A DNA stretch of 64,000 nt from Winogradskyella sp. (GCF_016744625.1 NZ_JADGDZ010000010.1:126-64125), one strand, 5' to 3'. Shown: positions 10,662-20,112, numbered from the stretch's first letter. Notes: generated from the sequence alone by a model not told the origin. A program made the numbers and translations.

Positions 10662-12050
10662 ATGAAAAGAAGAAATTTCCTTAAAAAGACCTCATTGTCA
10701 GCGGCTGGTATTACTGTTGCATCTATGTTACCTAGTTGTACATTCGAAACTAGTGGTAGACCTTCAGTAAGTCAGTATATGGGAGGATTTGCAGCTCCTA
10801 AATTAGAAACAGTACGTGCTGCATTTATAGGCGTAGGCGCTAGAGGTGGTGATCATTTAAAATTCTTTGCTGAACTTCCAGGTACTGAAGTAGTCGCAAT
10901 TAGTGATTTGTTCAAGGATAATGTTATAAAATGGAAAAATATTGCTAATGAAATTGGTAAAGGTGAGAGACACAATGATGTGAAATTATATCATAGTGAC
11001 GAAAATCTCTGGATAAAAATGCTTGATGAAGTGAAACCAGATGTCGTTTTTATAGCTACTAATTGGAATAATCATGCTCCAATGGCAATTACTTCTATGG
11101 AAAAAGGTGCACACGCTTTTGTTGAAGTACCAATGGCTGTGACTCTTCAAGAAATGTGGGATATTGTTGATACATCAGAACGTACTAAAAAGCATTGTAT
11201 GATGATGGAGAATGTAAATTACAGTCGTGATGAGCTCATGTTTTTAAACATGTGTAGACAAGGAGTAATAGGAGATATTATACATGGAGAAGCTGCTTAT
11301 TTACACGAGCTTCGTTATCAAATGGAAGAGCAAGAACGTGGTACAGGTTCTTGGAGAACTCATCATTATGCTAAAAGAAACGGTAATTTATATCCAACAC
11401 ATGGACTTGGACCAGTAGCGCAATACATGAATATCGCGAGACAAGATGATATGTTTAATAGTATGGTATCTTATTCAACGCAAGCAATAGGAAGACAACT
11501 TTATGCAGAAAAAAATTATCCAGAGAATCATAAGTGGAATCAATTAGATTTTAAAGGAGGGGATTTAAACACCTCTATTATTAAAACTAATATGGGAAGA
11601 ACGATTATGGTTCAATGGGATGAAACAAGTCCTAGACCTTATTCTCGTCACAACTTAATTCAAGGCACTAAAGGAATATTAACTGGTTTCCCTACTAGAG
11701 GTGCTTTTGAAGGTGGTTTTGAAGGTGTTACTGAAAATCATCATAGTTGGGTTCAAGGCGAGCAATTACAGGCTATGTACGAAAAATATGATCATCCCTT
11801 ATACAAACGTTTAAATGAAGCTGCTAAAGGAAGTGGTCATGGAGGTATGGATGGTATTATGGTATATCGCATTGTAGAGTGTTTACAAAAAGGATTGCCA
11901 CTAGATCAAAATGTTTACGAAGGCTGTCTTTGGAGTGCAGTTACTCCTTTAAGTGAACAATCTGTTGCGAATGGTGGTGCTCCACAAGAATTTCCTGATT
12001 TCACAAGAGGAAACTGGAAATCTACAAAACCTTTAGATGTAATAGTATAG
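10662..12050 (+). CDS. Tat-exported Gfo/Idh/MocA-fold enzyme resembling NAD-dependent glycoside hydrolase family 109 (alpha-N-acetylgalactosaminidase-like)
   Basis: The internal ATG opens MKRRNFLKKTSLSAAGITVASMLPSC, a consensus twin-arginine signal. A Rossmann motif (FIGVGARGG) follows. WRTHHYAKRNGNLYPTHGLGP and the C-terminal GGAPQEFPDFTRGNWK closely recall GH109 enzymes as I remember them. Confidence 0.75.
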   Translation: MKRRNFLKKTSLSAAGITVASMLPSCTFETSGRPSVSQYMGGFAAPKLETVRAAFIGVGARGGDHLKFFAELPGTEVVAISDLFKDNVIKWKNIANEIGKGERHNDVKLYHSDENLWIKMLDEVKPDVVFIATNWNNHAPMAITSMEKGAHAFVEVPMAVTLQEMWDIVDTSERTKKHCMMMENVNYSRDELMFLNMCRQGVIGDIIHGEAAYLHELRYQMEEQERGTGSWRTHHYAKRNGNLYPTHGLGPVAQYMNIARQDDMFNSMVSYSTQAIGRQLYAEKNYPENHKWNQLDFKGGDLNTSIIKTNMGRTIMVQWDETSPRPYSRHNLIQGTKGILTGFPTRGAFEGGFEGVTENHHSWVQGEQLQAMYEKYDHPLYKRLNEAAKGSGHGGMDGIMVYRIVECLQKGLPLDQNVYEGCLWSAVTPLSEQSVANGGAPQEFPDFTRGNWKSTKPLDVIV

Positions 12051-12216
12051 TTAAATGGTGTATTCTTAAAATGTGATCGTTTTGAGTATGGTTTATACTA
12101 GATTATTTTTCTCATTAAAATGACTTCACACAAAAAATTATGATAAATATCAGTTGCAAAACTCACTTAAAATTGTACCTTAGATATAGGAATTAATAAT
12201 TAAAACAAGATAGATT

Positions 12217-12516
12217 ATGACGGTAAATTTTCAATATGTAAATACAGATGTAAGTGAAACATTATCAGCTTTCACAGAAGATAAATTAGAGAGATTAGCT
12301 AATAAGTTTGAGTTTCTTATTTCGGCTCAAGTTTATTTTAAACACGATGATAAAGATCATAAAGCAGGTAAGATTTGTAATATAGAATTGAGTTTGCCAG
12401 GTCCACGTATTTTTGCCACATCAAATAAGCATAATTATGAGGTTGCCGTAAGCGAAACGATTAATGATTTAACACGTCAGCTTAAAAAAAGAAAAGAGAT
12501 ATATAAAGTTCATTAA
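12217..12516 (+). CDS. hpf: Ribosome hibernation factor (HPF/RaiA/YfiA family, short form)
   Basis: 99 aa. Pattern: ...TEDKLERL..KF.....A.VYFK......K...I.L..PG. Confidence 0.8.
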   Translation: MTVNFQYVNTDVSETLSAFTEDKLERLANKFEFLISAQVYFKHDDKDHKAGKICNIELSLPGPRIFATSNKHNYEVAVSETINDLTRQLKKRKEIYKVH

Positions 12517-12557
12517 AATCAAGCGTTTCGACGTTTATATTAGAGGGTTTACTATTT

Positions 12558-13031
12558 TTATCTGTGATGATAGGGTTCATTTCTTAAAATAGTAAATCCT
12601 CTATATAATTGCTCTATAAAGAACAAGCGTACCATTTGATGAGAAAAAGTCATTTTCGATAAGCCTAACTTCCCGTTGGCTCTACTATAAACAGCATTAG
12701 AAAATCCATAAGGTCCACCAATCACAAAGATTAGAGTTTTAATACCAGAATTCATATGTTTTTGTAAATAGTTAGAGAATTCAACTGAATTAAGTTGTTT
12801 TCCGTTTTCATCTAACAGAACTAGCACGTCAGAATTCTGAGTTTTTGCTAATATCAATTCGCCTTCTTTTTCTTTTTGTTGGGCTTCAGATAAATGCTTT
12901 ACTTTTTTTATATCTGGTATGATTTCAAATTCAAACTTTATATAAAAGCCTAAGCGTTTAGTATAATCTTCAATTAAACTAATTAAGGATTTATTATCTG
13001 TTTTGCCTATGGCTATGAGTTTAATTTGCAT
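12558..13031 (-). CDS. rlmH: 23S rRNA (pseudouridine1915-N3)-methyltransferase RlmH
   Basis: Starts at the internal ATG (MQIKLIAIGKT...). The C-terminus FSHQMVRLFFIEQLYRGFTILRNEPYHH is the SPOUT RlmH signature. The 30 upstream codons of the ORF call are translation of a palindromic repeat. Confidence 0.88.
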   Translation of the reverse strand: MQIKLIAIGKTDNKSLISLIEDYTKRLGFYIKFEFEIIPDIKKVKHLSEAQQKEKEGELILAKTQNSDVLVLLDENGKQLNSVEFSNYLQKHMNSGIKTLIFVIGGPYGFSNAVYSRANGKLGLSKMTFSHQMVRLFFIEQLYRGFTILRNEPYHHR

Positions 13032-13043
13032 TTTATTGTTTGG

Positions 13044-13090
13044 TCGAGCGTAGTCGAGACCTTTTTGTGTTACCTCTCGACTACGCTCGA
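13044..13090. repeat. Perfect 16-bp inverted repeat (TCGAGCGTAGTCGAGA / TCTCGACTACGCTCGA) with a 15-nt loop; REP-like element
   Basis: Read directly. The arms are at 13044-13059 and 13075-13090. It lies 12 nt upstream of the rlmH ATG and is followed by GATGACA. Confidence 0.85.
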
Positions 13091-13215
13091 GATGACAGAA
13101 AGATTCTGGTTTTGAATTCAAAATTAATCATTTTTAATAATTGGTGTTATTTCATTTTTAGTTTTTGATATTTTTAATCTTTCAATTCCTATTTTTACAA
13201 CAAATAAGATTACAA

Positions 13216-14073
13216 ATGATTTCAAAAGAACAATTTGATCTAGAAATAGATGGAATTATAACAAATGCCATTAGAGAAGATGTAGGAGATGGCGATCATA
13301 GTTCGTTAGCATGTATTCCTACTTCAGCTATAGGAAAAGCAAAATTATTAGTAAAGGATGAAGGCATCATTGCTGGTATTGAATTTGCTAAACAAGTATT
13401 TGCTTATGTAGATGCAAACATGAAAGTGGAAACCTTAATTGAAGATGGAGGTAAAGTGAAATATGGAGATATAGTGTTTTATGTAGAAGGAGCTTCGCAA
13501 TCTATTCTTAAGGCAGAACGATTGGTTTTAAATGCTATGCAACGTATGAGTGCTATTGCAACTAAAACAAGACAATTTGTTGATTTATTAGATGGTACAG
13601 GAACTAAAATTTTAGACACTCGTAAAACAACTCCAGGAATCAGAGCGCTCGAAAAATGGGCTGTTAAAATTGGAGGAGGCGAGAATCATAGATTCGCTTT
13701 ATATGATATGATTATGCTAAAAGATAACCATATTGATTTTGCGGGAGGAGTTGCTAAAGCGATTAATCTTACCAAGCAATATTTAAAAGATACTAATCGT
13801 GATTTAAAAATTATAGTAGAAGCTCGTAACCTTGAAGAAATTAAAGAGATTTTAGATTGTGGAGGCGTCGATCGTATTCTAATAGATAACTTTAATTACC
13901 AAGATACTCGTAAAGCTGTAAAGCTTATTGGAGACCAATGTTTAACAGAATCTTCTGGCGGAATTAATGAAGATACAGTTAGGCATTATGCAGAATGTGG
14001 TGTAGATTATATTTCATCTGGAGCTTTGACGCATTCGGTCTATAATATGGATCTTAGCTTAAAAGCAGTATAA
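13216..14073 (+). CDS. nadC: Nicotinate-nucleotide diphosphorylase (quinolinate phosphoribosyltransferase)
   Basis: Starts at MISKEQFD. Motifs: ILDTRKTTPGIR, KDNHI, SSGALTHS. Confidence 0.9.
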   Translation: MISKEQFDLEIDGIITNAIREDVGDGDHSSLACIPTSAIGKAKLLVKDEGIIAGIEFAKQVFAYVDANMKVETLIEDGGKVKYGDIVFYVEGASQSILKAERLVLNAMQRMSAIATKTRQFVDLLDGTGTKILDTRKTTPGIRALEKWAVKIGGGENHRFALYDMIMLKDNHIDFAGGVAKAINLTKQYLKDTNRDLKIIVEARNLEEIKEILDCGGVDRILIDNFNYQDTRKAVKLIGDQCLTESSGGINEDTVRHYAECGVDYISSGALTHSVYNMDLSLKAV

Positions 14074-14135
14074 AGTAGCAAATATTTCATTATAAATTAG
14101 CTATAAGCCAAAGGTAAATAGCTAAAAGCCAAAAT

Positions 14136-15101
14136 ATGTCCAAGCCTATAGAAGATAAGTTAGATAAAATACCTGTCATTAATTTAATTGTTCGCTTTTT
14201 TAAGAAGATTAGATTACCAGGATTCGAGGGCTTGTCTGTCTACGATTTGCTAGAGCTATATATTATGGGAATTGTTAACGGAGCTTTAACTACAAGGGCA
14301 AGTGCTATTGCTTTCAGCTTTTTTACAGCAATTTTTCCGTTTTTACTGTTTGTAATTATTATCATTCCATATATTCCTATAGATAAATTTGAAGTTGAAT
14401 TTTTAGGATTTTTAAATTCATTTTTACCACCTCAAACATCAGATTTTTTCTTCTCAAATATTTTTGAAAACATAAGTGAAAGTGGTGGAGCTGGCTTAAT
14501 ATCATCTGTGTTTTTGTTATCTATGTTATTAATGGCAAATGGTGTTAGTGCTGTGTTTTCTGGATTTGAATATTCATACCATGAGCAACTTACCCGAAAT
14601 GTGTTTCAACAATATTTATATGCTTTTGGTGTCGCATTGATTTTAGCATTTTTGGTATTATTAACGGTTGCAGTATTTGGGTATTTTCAGATCTATGTTA
14701 TTCAACCCATATATGAAGGTATAACAGGAAAAGATGCACTAGAAACAGATTCAGGTTTAGGTTGGATAATTTTTGCTAAGTATATGTTTTTTGTAATTAT
14801 GGTGTATTTAGCAACGGCTACTTTGTACTATTTTGGTACAAAAGAAGGAAGGCATACACGATTCTTTTCTGTTGGTGCTTTGCTAACTACACTTTTAATT
14901 ATATTAACATCCTACTTATTTGGTGTATATATTAATAATTTCTCTCAATACAATAAGCTTTATGGCTCTATTGGAGCGTTATTGATATTGTTATTATATC
15001 TATGGCTCAACTCTAATATTTTACTGTTAGGTTACGAGTTAAATGCGTCACTTCAATTTTTAAGGAAGCATCCAAAGAAATCTAAACGAAATGAAAACTA
15101 A
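14136..15101 (+). CDS. YihY/BrkB-family membrane protein
   Basis: 321 aa with about 6 TM segments. The N-terminal region (SVYDLLELY...GALTTRASAIAFSFFTAIFPFLLF) is typical of the family. Confidence 0.75.
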   Translation: MSKPIEDKLDKIPVINLIVRFFKKIRLPGFEGLSVYDLLELYIMGIVNGALTTRASAIAFSFFTAIFPFLLFVIIIIPYIPIDKFEVEFLGFLNSFLPPQTSDFFFSNIFENISESGGAGLISSVFLLSMLLMANGVSAVFSGFEYSYHEQLTRNVFQQYLYAFGVALILAFLVLLTVAVFGYFQIYVIQPIYEGITGKDALETDSGLGWIIFAKYMFFVIMVYLATATLYYFGTKEGRHTRFFSVGALLTTLLIILTSYLFGVYINNFSQYNKLYGSIGALLILLLYLWLNSNILLLGYELNASLQFLRKHPKKSKRNEN

Positions 15102-15525
15102 TAAACACATTCTAACTGTATTTTTGTTTTTGATTACGATGTCTTTAACATCACAAAACATTCTTGGCAAATGGAAAACTATTGACGACAAAACAAGGGA
15201 AGAGAAATCTATTGTAGATATATATGAGTATGAAGGAAAGATTTATGGAATAATTATAGAAATACTTAACACTAAGAATAAGAATGCACTTTGTGAAAAA
15301 TGCAAGGGAGATAAAAAGGATAAACCTATATTAACTATGATGATTATTGATGGTTTAACTAAAGATGATGATGCATTTGGAGGTGGAACTATTTTGGATC
15401 CAGAAAATGGTAAAACATATAAATGTAGATTAAAACTAGATGAAGACGATAAAGACACACTACAGGTAAGAGGTTATGTGGCTTTTTTCTATAAAACACA
15501 ATACTGGAAACGTGTTGTAAAATGA
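15091..15525 (+). CDS. DUF2147-family secreted protein
   Basis: Signal peptide. GKWKTIDDKT...IVDIYEYEGKIYG and ILDPENGKTYKCRLKL...LQVRGY are the DUF2147 pattern. Confidence 0.75.
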   Translation: MKTNKHILTVFLFLITMSLTSQNILGKWKTIDDKTREEKSIVDIYEYEGKIYGIIIEILNTKNKNALCEKCKGDKKDKPILTMMIIDGLTKDDDAFGGGTILDPENGKTYKCRLKLDEDDKDTLQVRGYVAFFYKTQYWKRVVK

Positions 15526-17975
15526 CTTATTTTATAGACGTCATATTACCAATTCCGCTTCAAAAGGCCTTTACGTATCATATAACTGAAGCAGAAGCTA
15601 AATTCCTTAAACCAGGAATACGCGTAGCTGTGCCCTTTGGTAAGAGCAAGATATACACAGCATTAACATATAAAATCCATAACAATCCACCAACGGCTTA
15701 CGAAGCTAAAACCATCCATCAAATTTTAGATAAAAAGCCTGTGGTTACAGAAACGCAATTACAGCATTGGGAATGGATTGCTAAATATTACATGTGTAGT
15801 TTAGGTGAGGTGATGCGTGCTGCAATGCCGAATGCTTTTCTTTTAGAAAGTGAAACCATTATTTCTAAAAATGAAAAAACTAAAATAAATGATTCTGAAT
15901 TAAAAGATGATGAATTTTTGATTTATGAAGCCTTACAACATCAGTCTTCACTTAAGATTCAGGATGTGGTTTCCATTTTAGATAAAAAACGTGTTTTACC
16001 TGTAATTAACGGTTTGGTAGAAAAAGGGGTGTTGTATTTACAAGAAGAGTTGTATGAAAAATACACGCCAAAATTAGTGCGTTATGTAAAGCTGCATGAA
16101 AATCATAAATCACAGGAAAAACTTCAAGAATTATTAGAACTATTAAGTAGGGCACCAAAACAACGCGAAGTGATTTTAGCTTTGTTCACTATGGAAGCTT
16201 CCATAAAAGAACCCATAAAAGTTTCCGAATTAGCTGAGCGTAGTGGCGCATCAACCTCTATTATAAAAATACTGATTGATAAAGCTATTCTAGATGAATA
16301 TCACATCCAGACAGACAGAATTCAATTTGAAGGAGAAGGAGATGAAAACGTTAAAATATTAAACGAAGCTCAGCAACAAGCGTACGAAGAAATTGAAACG
16401 GCTTTTGAAAGTAAATCAGTTGCTTTACTTCATGGAGTAACTTCTTCTGGTAAAACAGAAATCTATGTGCAACTCATTCAGAAACAATTAGAACTTGGAA
16501 AACAAGTGCTTTATCTTTTGCCAGAAATTGCTTTAACAACACAACTAGTACAGCGACTTCAAGACTATTTTGGTGAAAAGGTTGCGGTATTTCATTCAAG
16601 GTATTCAGGTAACGAGCGTGTTGAGGTTTGGCAGAATATGCTCAGTAATTCTGTAAAGGCACAAGTCGTCATTGGTGCGCGTTCTTCTCTTTTATTGCCT
16701 TTTAGTAACTTAGGATTAATTATAGTAGATGAAGAGCATGAGCAATCTTACAAGCAATTCGATCCTGCTCCGCGTTATCATGCAAGAGATGCTGCAGTCG
16801 TCTTAGCTAATTTGCATGAGGCTAAAACGCTTTTAGGTTCTGCTACACCAAGTTTAGAAAGCTATTTTAATGCCAGTCAAGGTAAATATGGTTTAGTTGA
16901 ATTAAATACGCGTTATAACAATGTGCTAATGCCAGATATTGAATTGGTAGATTTAGCAGATAAGTACAAGCGTAAACGAATGAAAGGTCATTTTAGTGAC
17001 CGACTCATCCAAGAAATGACGGAAACCTTAGAGGAAGGTTTTCAAATTATACTATTCCAAAACCGAAGAGGCTTTTCACCAATTATCGAGTGTACTACTT
17101 GCGGAACGTCTCCTCAATGTCCTAACTGTGATGTGAGTTTAACCTACCATCAATACAGAGATCAGTTACGCTGTCATTATTGTGGATATAATTCTGCAAT
17201 GCTAAAAAGTTGTCAAGGGTGTGGAAACTCTACTTTAGACACAAAAGGTTTTGGTACAGAACAAATAGAGGAGGAGGTTAAAATCTTATTTCCTGAAAAG
17301 AAAGTTGCTCGTATGGATTTAGATACTACACGAGGTAAATATGGATTTGAAAAGATAATTTCCAGCTTTGAGCAGCGCGAAGTTGATATTTTGGTCGGAA
17401 CACAAATGTTAACCAAAGGTTTAGATTTTAGGTATGTAAAATTGGTTGGTATTATGAATGCCGATAATTTACTCAACTTTCCGGATTTTAGAGCACATGA
17501 GCGAAGTTATCAATTAATGGCTCAGGTCTCTGGTAGAGCAGGTCGTACAGATTTAAGAGGAAAGGTATTGATTCAAACCTATAATCCACATCATAATATA
17601 TTACAGCAAGTTTCTACAAATTCTTATAAAGAAATGTTTGAAGAACAAATGAATGAGCGCTACAATTTTAAGTACCCACCAATTTATAGATTAATTAAAA
17701 TCACCTTTAAGCACAAAGATTATAATCGTGTGAATCTAGCAGCAGATTGGTACGCAAAATCATTACGACAAGTTTTTAAAAGCAACGTTTTAGGTCCAGA
17801 ATTTCCGCCAGTATCAAGAATCAGAAATTTATACAATAAGAATATTTTAATTAAGATTCCTCAAAATCAATCTTTAGCCAAAACAAAAGAGGCTATTATT
17901 AAAATTGATAACAGTTTTAATGCTGTGAAGGACTTTAGACCAGTCAGAGTTGTGTTGAATGTAGATAATTATTAA
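15522..17975 (+). CDS. priA: Primosomal replication-restart helicase PriA
   Basis: 817 aa. Motifs: GVTSSGKTEIY, DEEHE, and the Cys4-type zinc region CTTCG..CPNCD...CHYCG. Confidence 0.92.
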   Translation: MTYFIDVILPIPLQKAFTYHITEAEAKFLKPGIRVAVPFGKSKIYTALTYKIHNNPPTAYEAKTIHQILDKKPVVTETQLQHWEWIAKYYMCSLGEVMRAAMPNAFLLESETIISKNEKTKINDSELKDDEFLIYEALQHQSSLKIQDVVSILDKKRVLPVINGLVEKGVLYLQEELYEKYTPKLVRYVKLHENHKSQEKLQELLELLSRAPKQREVILALFTMEASIKEPIKVSELAERSGASTSIIKILIDKAILDEYHIQTDRIQFEGEGDENVKILNEAQQQAYEEIETAFESKSVALLHGVTSSGKTEIYVQLIQKQLELGKQVLYLLPEIALTTQLVQRLQDYFGEKVAVFHSRYSGNERVEVWQNMLSNSVKAQVVIGARSSLLLPFSNLGLIIVDEEHEQSYKQFDPAPRYHARDAAVVLANLHEAKTLLGSATPSLESYFNASQGKYGLVELNTRYNNVLMPDIELVDLADKYKRKRMKGHFSDRLIQEMTETLEEGFQIILFQNRRGFSPIIECTTCGTSPQCPNCDVSLTYHQYRDQLRCHYCGYNSAMLKSCQGCGNSTLDTKGFGTEQIEEEVKILFPEKKVARMDLDTTRGKYGFEKIISSFEQREVDILVGTQMLTKGLDFRYVKLVGIMNADNLLNFPDFRAHERSYQLMAQVSGRAGRTDLRGKVLIQTYNPHHNILQQVSTNSYKEMFEEQMNERYNFKYPPIYRLIKITFKHKDYNRVNLAADWYAKSLRQVFKSNVLGPEFPPVSRIRNLYNKNILIKIPQNQSLAKTKEAIIKIDNSFNAVKDFRPVRVVLNVDNY

Positions 17976-17979
17976 TACT

Positions 17980-18011
17980 AAAAAATCCCGTTAATTATTA
18001 ACGGGATTTTT
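17980..18011. terminator. Bidirectional rho-independent terminator between convergent priA and the response regulator gene
   Basis: AAAAA-ATCCCGTTAA-tta-TTAACGGGAT-TTTT. Confidence 0.75.
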
Positions 18012-18055
18012 CTATTTCAATGTGCTTTGAGATATTCTGCTATTAGCAATATTTT

Positions 18056-18751
18056 TTACATATTATTCAAAGCATCCACCAATTGTGTCTTTTTGTTTCG
18101 ACTCAATGGAATCTCGTAAGCACCTACTTCAACATTTTTACTGTTAAAGCGGTCTATCTTGTCTAAATTCACAATATAAGATTTGTGAATTCTTAAAAAT
18201 TTACCTTCTGGCAATTCTTGTTCAAAAGCTTTCATAGTAGATAATACTACTAAGCTATTTTCTTCTGTTACTACTTTTACATAGTCACCGAGTGCTTCAA
18301 TCCATTTAATATCCTTAATATATACTTTACGTTTTTTAAGGTTACTTTTCACAAAAATGTGTTCACCATCAGTCTCGTTAAAGTCTAATTTCAATTTGTG
18401 CTGCTCAATAGCTTTTTCTACGGCAGTGTTAAATCGTTCTTTAGTGATTGGTTTTTGAAGATAATCGGTAGCGTCGTAATTAAATGCTTTAAAAGCATAT
18501 TCGGTTTTACCGGTAACAAAAATAATTTGGGGTTTGTTGTTGAGTACATCTAAAAGTTCAAATCCGTTTAATACAGGCATCTCTATATCTAGAAAGATAA
18601 GATCTACTTTGTGTGTATTAAGACCGTTTTTTGTTTCTAACGCACTGCTGTACTCTGCAATAAGGTTAAGTGAGGAATGATTCTCAATTAACTTTACTAT
18701 AGAGAGGCGCTGAATCGCAGAATCATCAACAACTACACAGTTTAAAGTCAT
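18056..18751 (-). CDS. LytR/AlgR-family response regulator (REC plus LytTR DNA-binding domain); no adjacent kinase
   Basis: The REC domain has DLIFLDIEMP. The LytTR region is IKWIEALGDYVKV...FLRIHKSYIVNL. Confidence 0.88.
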   Translation of the reverse strand: MTLNCVVVDDSAIQRLSIVKLIENHSSLNLIAEYSSALETKNGLNTHKVDLIFLDIEMPVLNGFELLDVLNNKPQIIFVTGKTEYAFKAFNYDATDYLQKPITKERFNTAVEKAIEQHKLKLDFNETDGEHIFVKSNLKKRKVYIKDIKWIEALGDYVKVVTEENSLVVLSTMKAFEQELPEGKFLRIHKSYIVNLDKIDRFNSKNVEVGAYEIPLSRNKKTQLVDALNNM

Positions 18752-18936
18752 AACATTAATATTTTATTAGGTTAAGATATCGACAATAGTACAATAATTT
18801 CGGTTAAAAAACAAATTTTACCGACAAAGTGTAATATTTAACAATATATGTAGTCCATAAATTCTATAAAATCTCACATTCAAAAACGTTGCCACAAATA
18901 GTATATGTAGTAAAATAAAATTACATAAATAAAACG

Positions 18937-18967
18937 TTGCTAGAAATAGAATTAATGCTTATTTTTG
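18937..18967 (+). promoter_or_regulatory. Putative Bacteroidota promoter for rpsF-rpsR-rplI (-33 TTG and -7 TATTTTTG)
   Basis: TTG at 18937-18939 and TATTTTTG at 18960-18967, spaced 20 nt apart. The ATG is at 19001. Confidence 0.45.
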
Positions 18968-19000
18968 CAGCCGTTTTAACAATAAACAAAACAATTTATT

Positions 19001-19351
19001 ATGAATCATTATGAAACTGTTTTCATCTTAAATCCCGTTTTATCTGACGATCAGATAAAGGAGACAGTAAAGAAATACGAGGATATGCTCGTGTCTAAAG
19101 GTGCTAAGATGATAGCCAAAGAAGATTGGGGCTTGAAAAAGCTGGCTTATGCAATCCAAAACAAAAAAAGTGGTTTTTATCACTTATTTGAGTATACTGT
19201 TGCTGGTGAGGCAATTGAACCTTTAGAGGTAGAATTTAGACGTGATGAGCGTTTTATGCGTTACTTAACTGTGAAATTAGACAAACATGCTATTTCATGG
19301 GCTGAGAGAAGAAGAGAAAAAATGAAAGTAAAAGCAAAAGCAAAAGCGTAA
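19001..19351 (+). CDS. rpsF: 30S ribosomal protein S6
   Basis: [18 protein letters not shown] is the classic S6 N-terminus. Confidence 0.95.
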   Translation: MNHYETVFILNPVLSDDQIKETVKKYEDMLVSKGAKMIAKEDWGLKKLAYAIQNKKSGFYHLFEYTVAGEAIEPLEVEFRRDERFMRYLTVKLDKHAISWAERRREKMKVKAKAKA

Positions 19352-19353
19352 TT

Positions 19354-19650
19354 ATGTCATCAATAGAACAACAAGCAAAAGGAAAAAAGGACGGAGAAAT
19401 TAGATATCTTACTCCTTTAAATATCGAGACTTCAAAACAAAAGAAGTACTGTCGTTTCAAAAAATCTGGTATTAAGTACGTAGATTATAAAGATGCAGAT
19501 TGGTTACTAAGATTTGTAAACGAGCAAGGTAAATTACTACCAAGACGTTTAACAGGAACTTCTTTAAAGTATCAAAGAAAAGTATCTGTGGCTGTAAAGA
19601 GAGCTAGACATTTAGCTTTAATGCCATATGTTGCTGATTTATTAAAATAA
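19354..19650 (+). CDS. rpsR: 30S ribosomal protein S18
   Basis: YCRFKK..I.YVDYKD...L..F....GK.LPRR.TG......R.V..A.KRAR. Confidence 0.95.
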   Translation: MSSIEQQAKGKKDGEIRYLTPLNIETSKQKKYCRFKKSGIKYVDYKDADWLLRFVNEQGKLLPRRLTGTSLKYQRKVSVAVKRARHLALMPYVADLLK

Positions 19651-19662
19651 AATATCATAACA

Positions 19663-20112
19663 ATGGAACTTATATTAAAACAAGACGTTGAAAACTTAGG
19701 ATTTAAAGACGATATTGTATCTGTTAAGAACGGTTATGGTAGAAACTTTTTAATTCCAAACGCACAAGCGATATTAGCAACTACTTCTGCAAAGAAAGTA
19801 TTAGCTGAAACTTTAAAGCAACGTGCTTTTAAAGAAAAGAAAATAATTGACGAAGCTAAGAGTGTTGCTGAAGCATTGGCTGGTTTAGAAGTAAAGATTG
19901 CTTCTAAGGTAGGTGCTGGAAATAAACTTTTTGGATCTGTTAACAATATTGATTTAGCAGCTGCTTTACAAAAAGAAGGTCAGGAAATTGACAAGAAATT
20001 CATCAATGTAATTGGTGGTAGTGTAAAGCGTTTAGGTAAATACGATGCTGTAATTAGATTACACAGAGAAGTAACTGTAGATTTATCATTTGAGGTTGTA
20101 GCAGAAGCTTAA
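19663..20112 (+). CDS. rplI: 50S ribosomal protein L9
   Basis: MELILKQDVENLGFKDDIVSVKNGYGRNFLIP. Confidence 0.95.
   Translation: MELILKQDVENLGFKDDIVSVKNGYGRNFLIPNAQAILATTSAKKVLAETLKQRAFKEKKIIDEAKSVAEALAGLEVKIASKVGAGNKLFGSVNNIDLAAALQKEGQEIDKKFINVIGGSVKRLGKYDAVIRLHREVTVDLSFEVVAEA

Noticed and set aside
9780-12050. Single 756-aa bifunctional nucleotidyltransferase-oxidoreductase, as given by the ORF track
   Set aside because: A consensus Tat signal (MKRRNFLKK...) begins at residue 295. The only link between the two halves is a Lys run encoded by an A17 tract, and tract lengths one base shorter or longer restore a stop. I treat this as two genes.
13032-13215. N-terminal extensions of rlmH (to 13121, TTG) and nadC (from 13165)
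   Set aside because: The extensions cover the palindromic repeat and the promoter spacer. Conserved protein sequence begins at the internal ATGs at 13031 and 13216.
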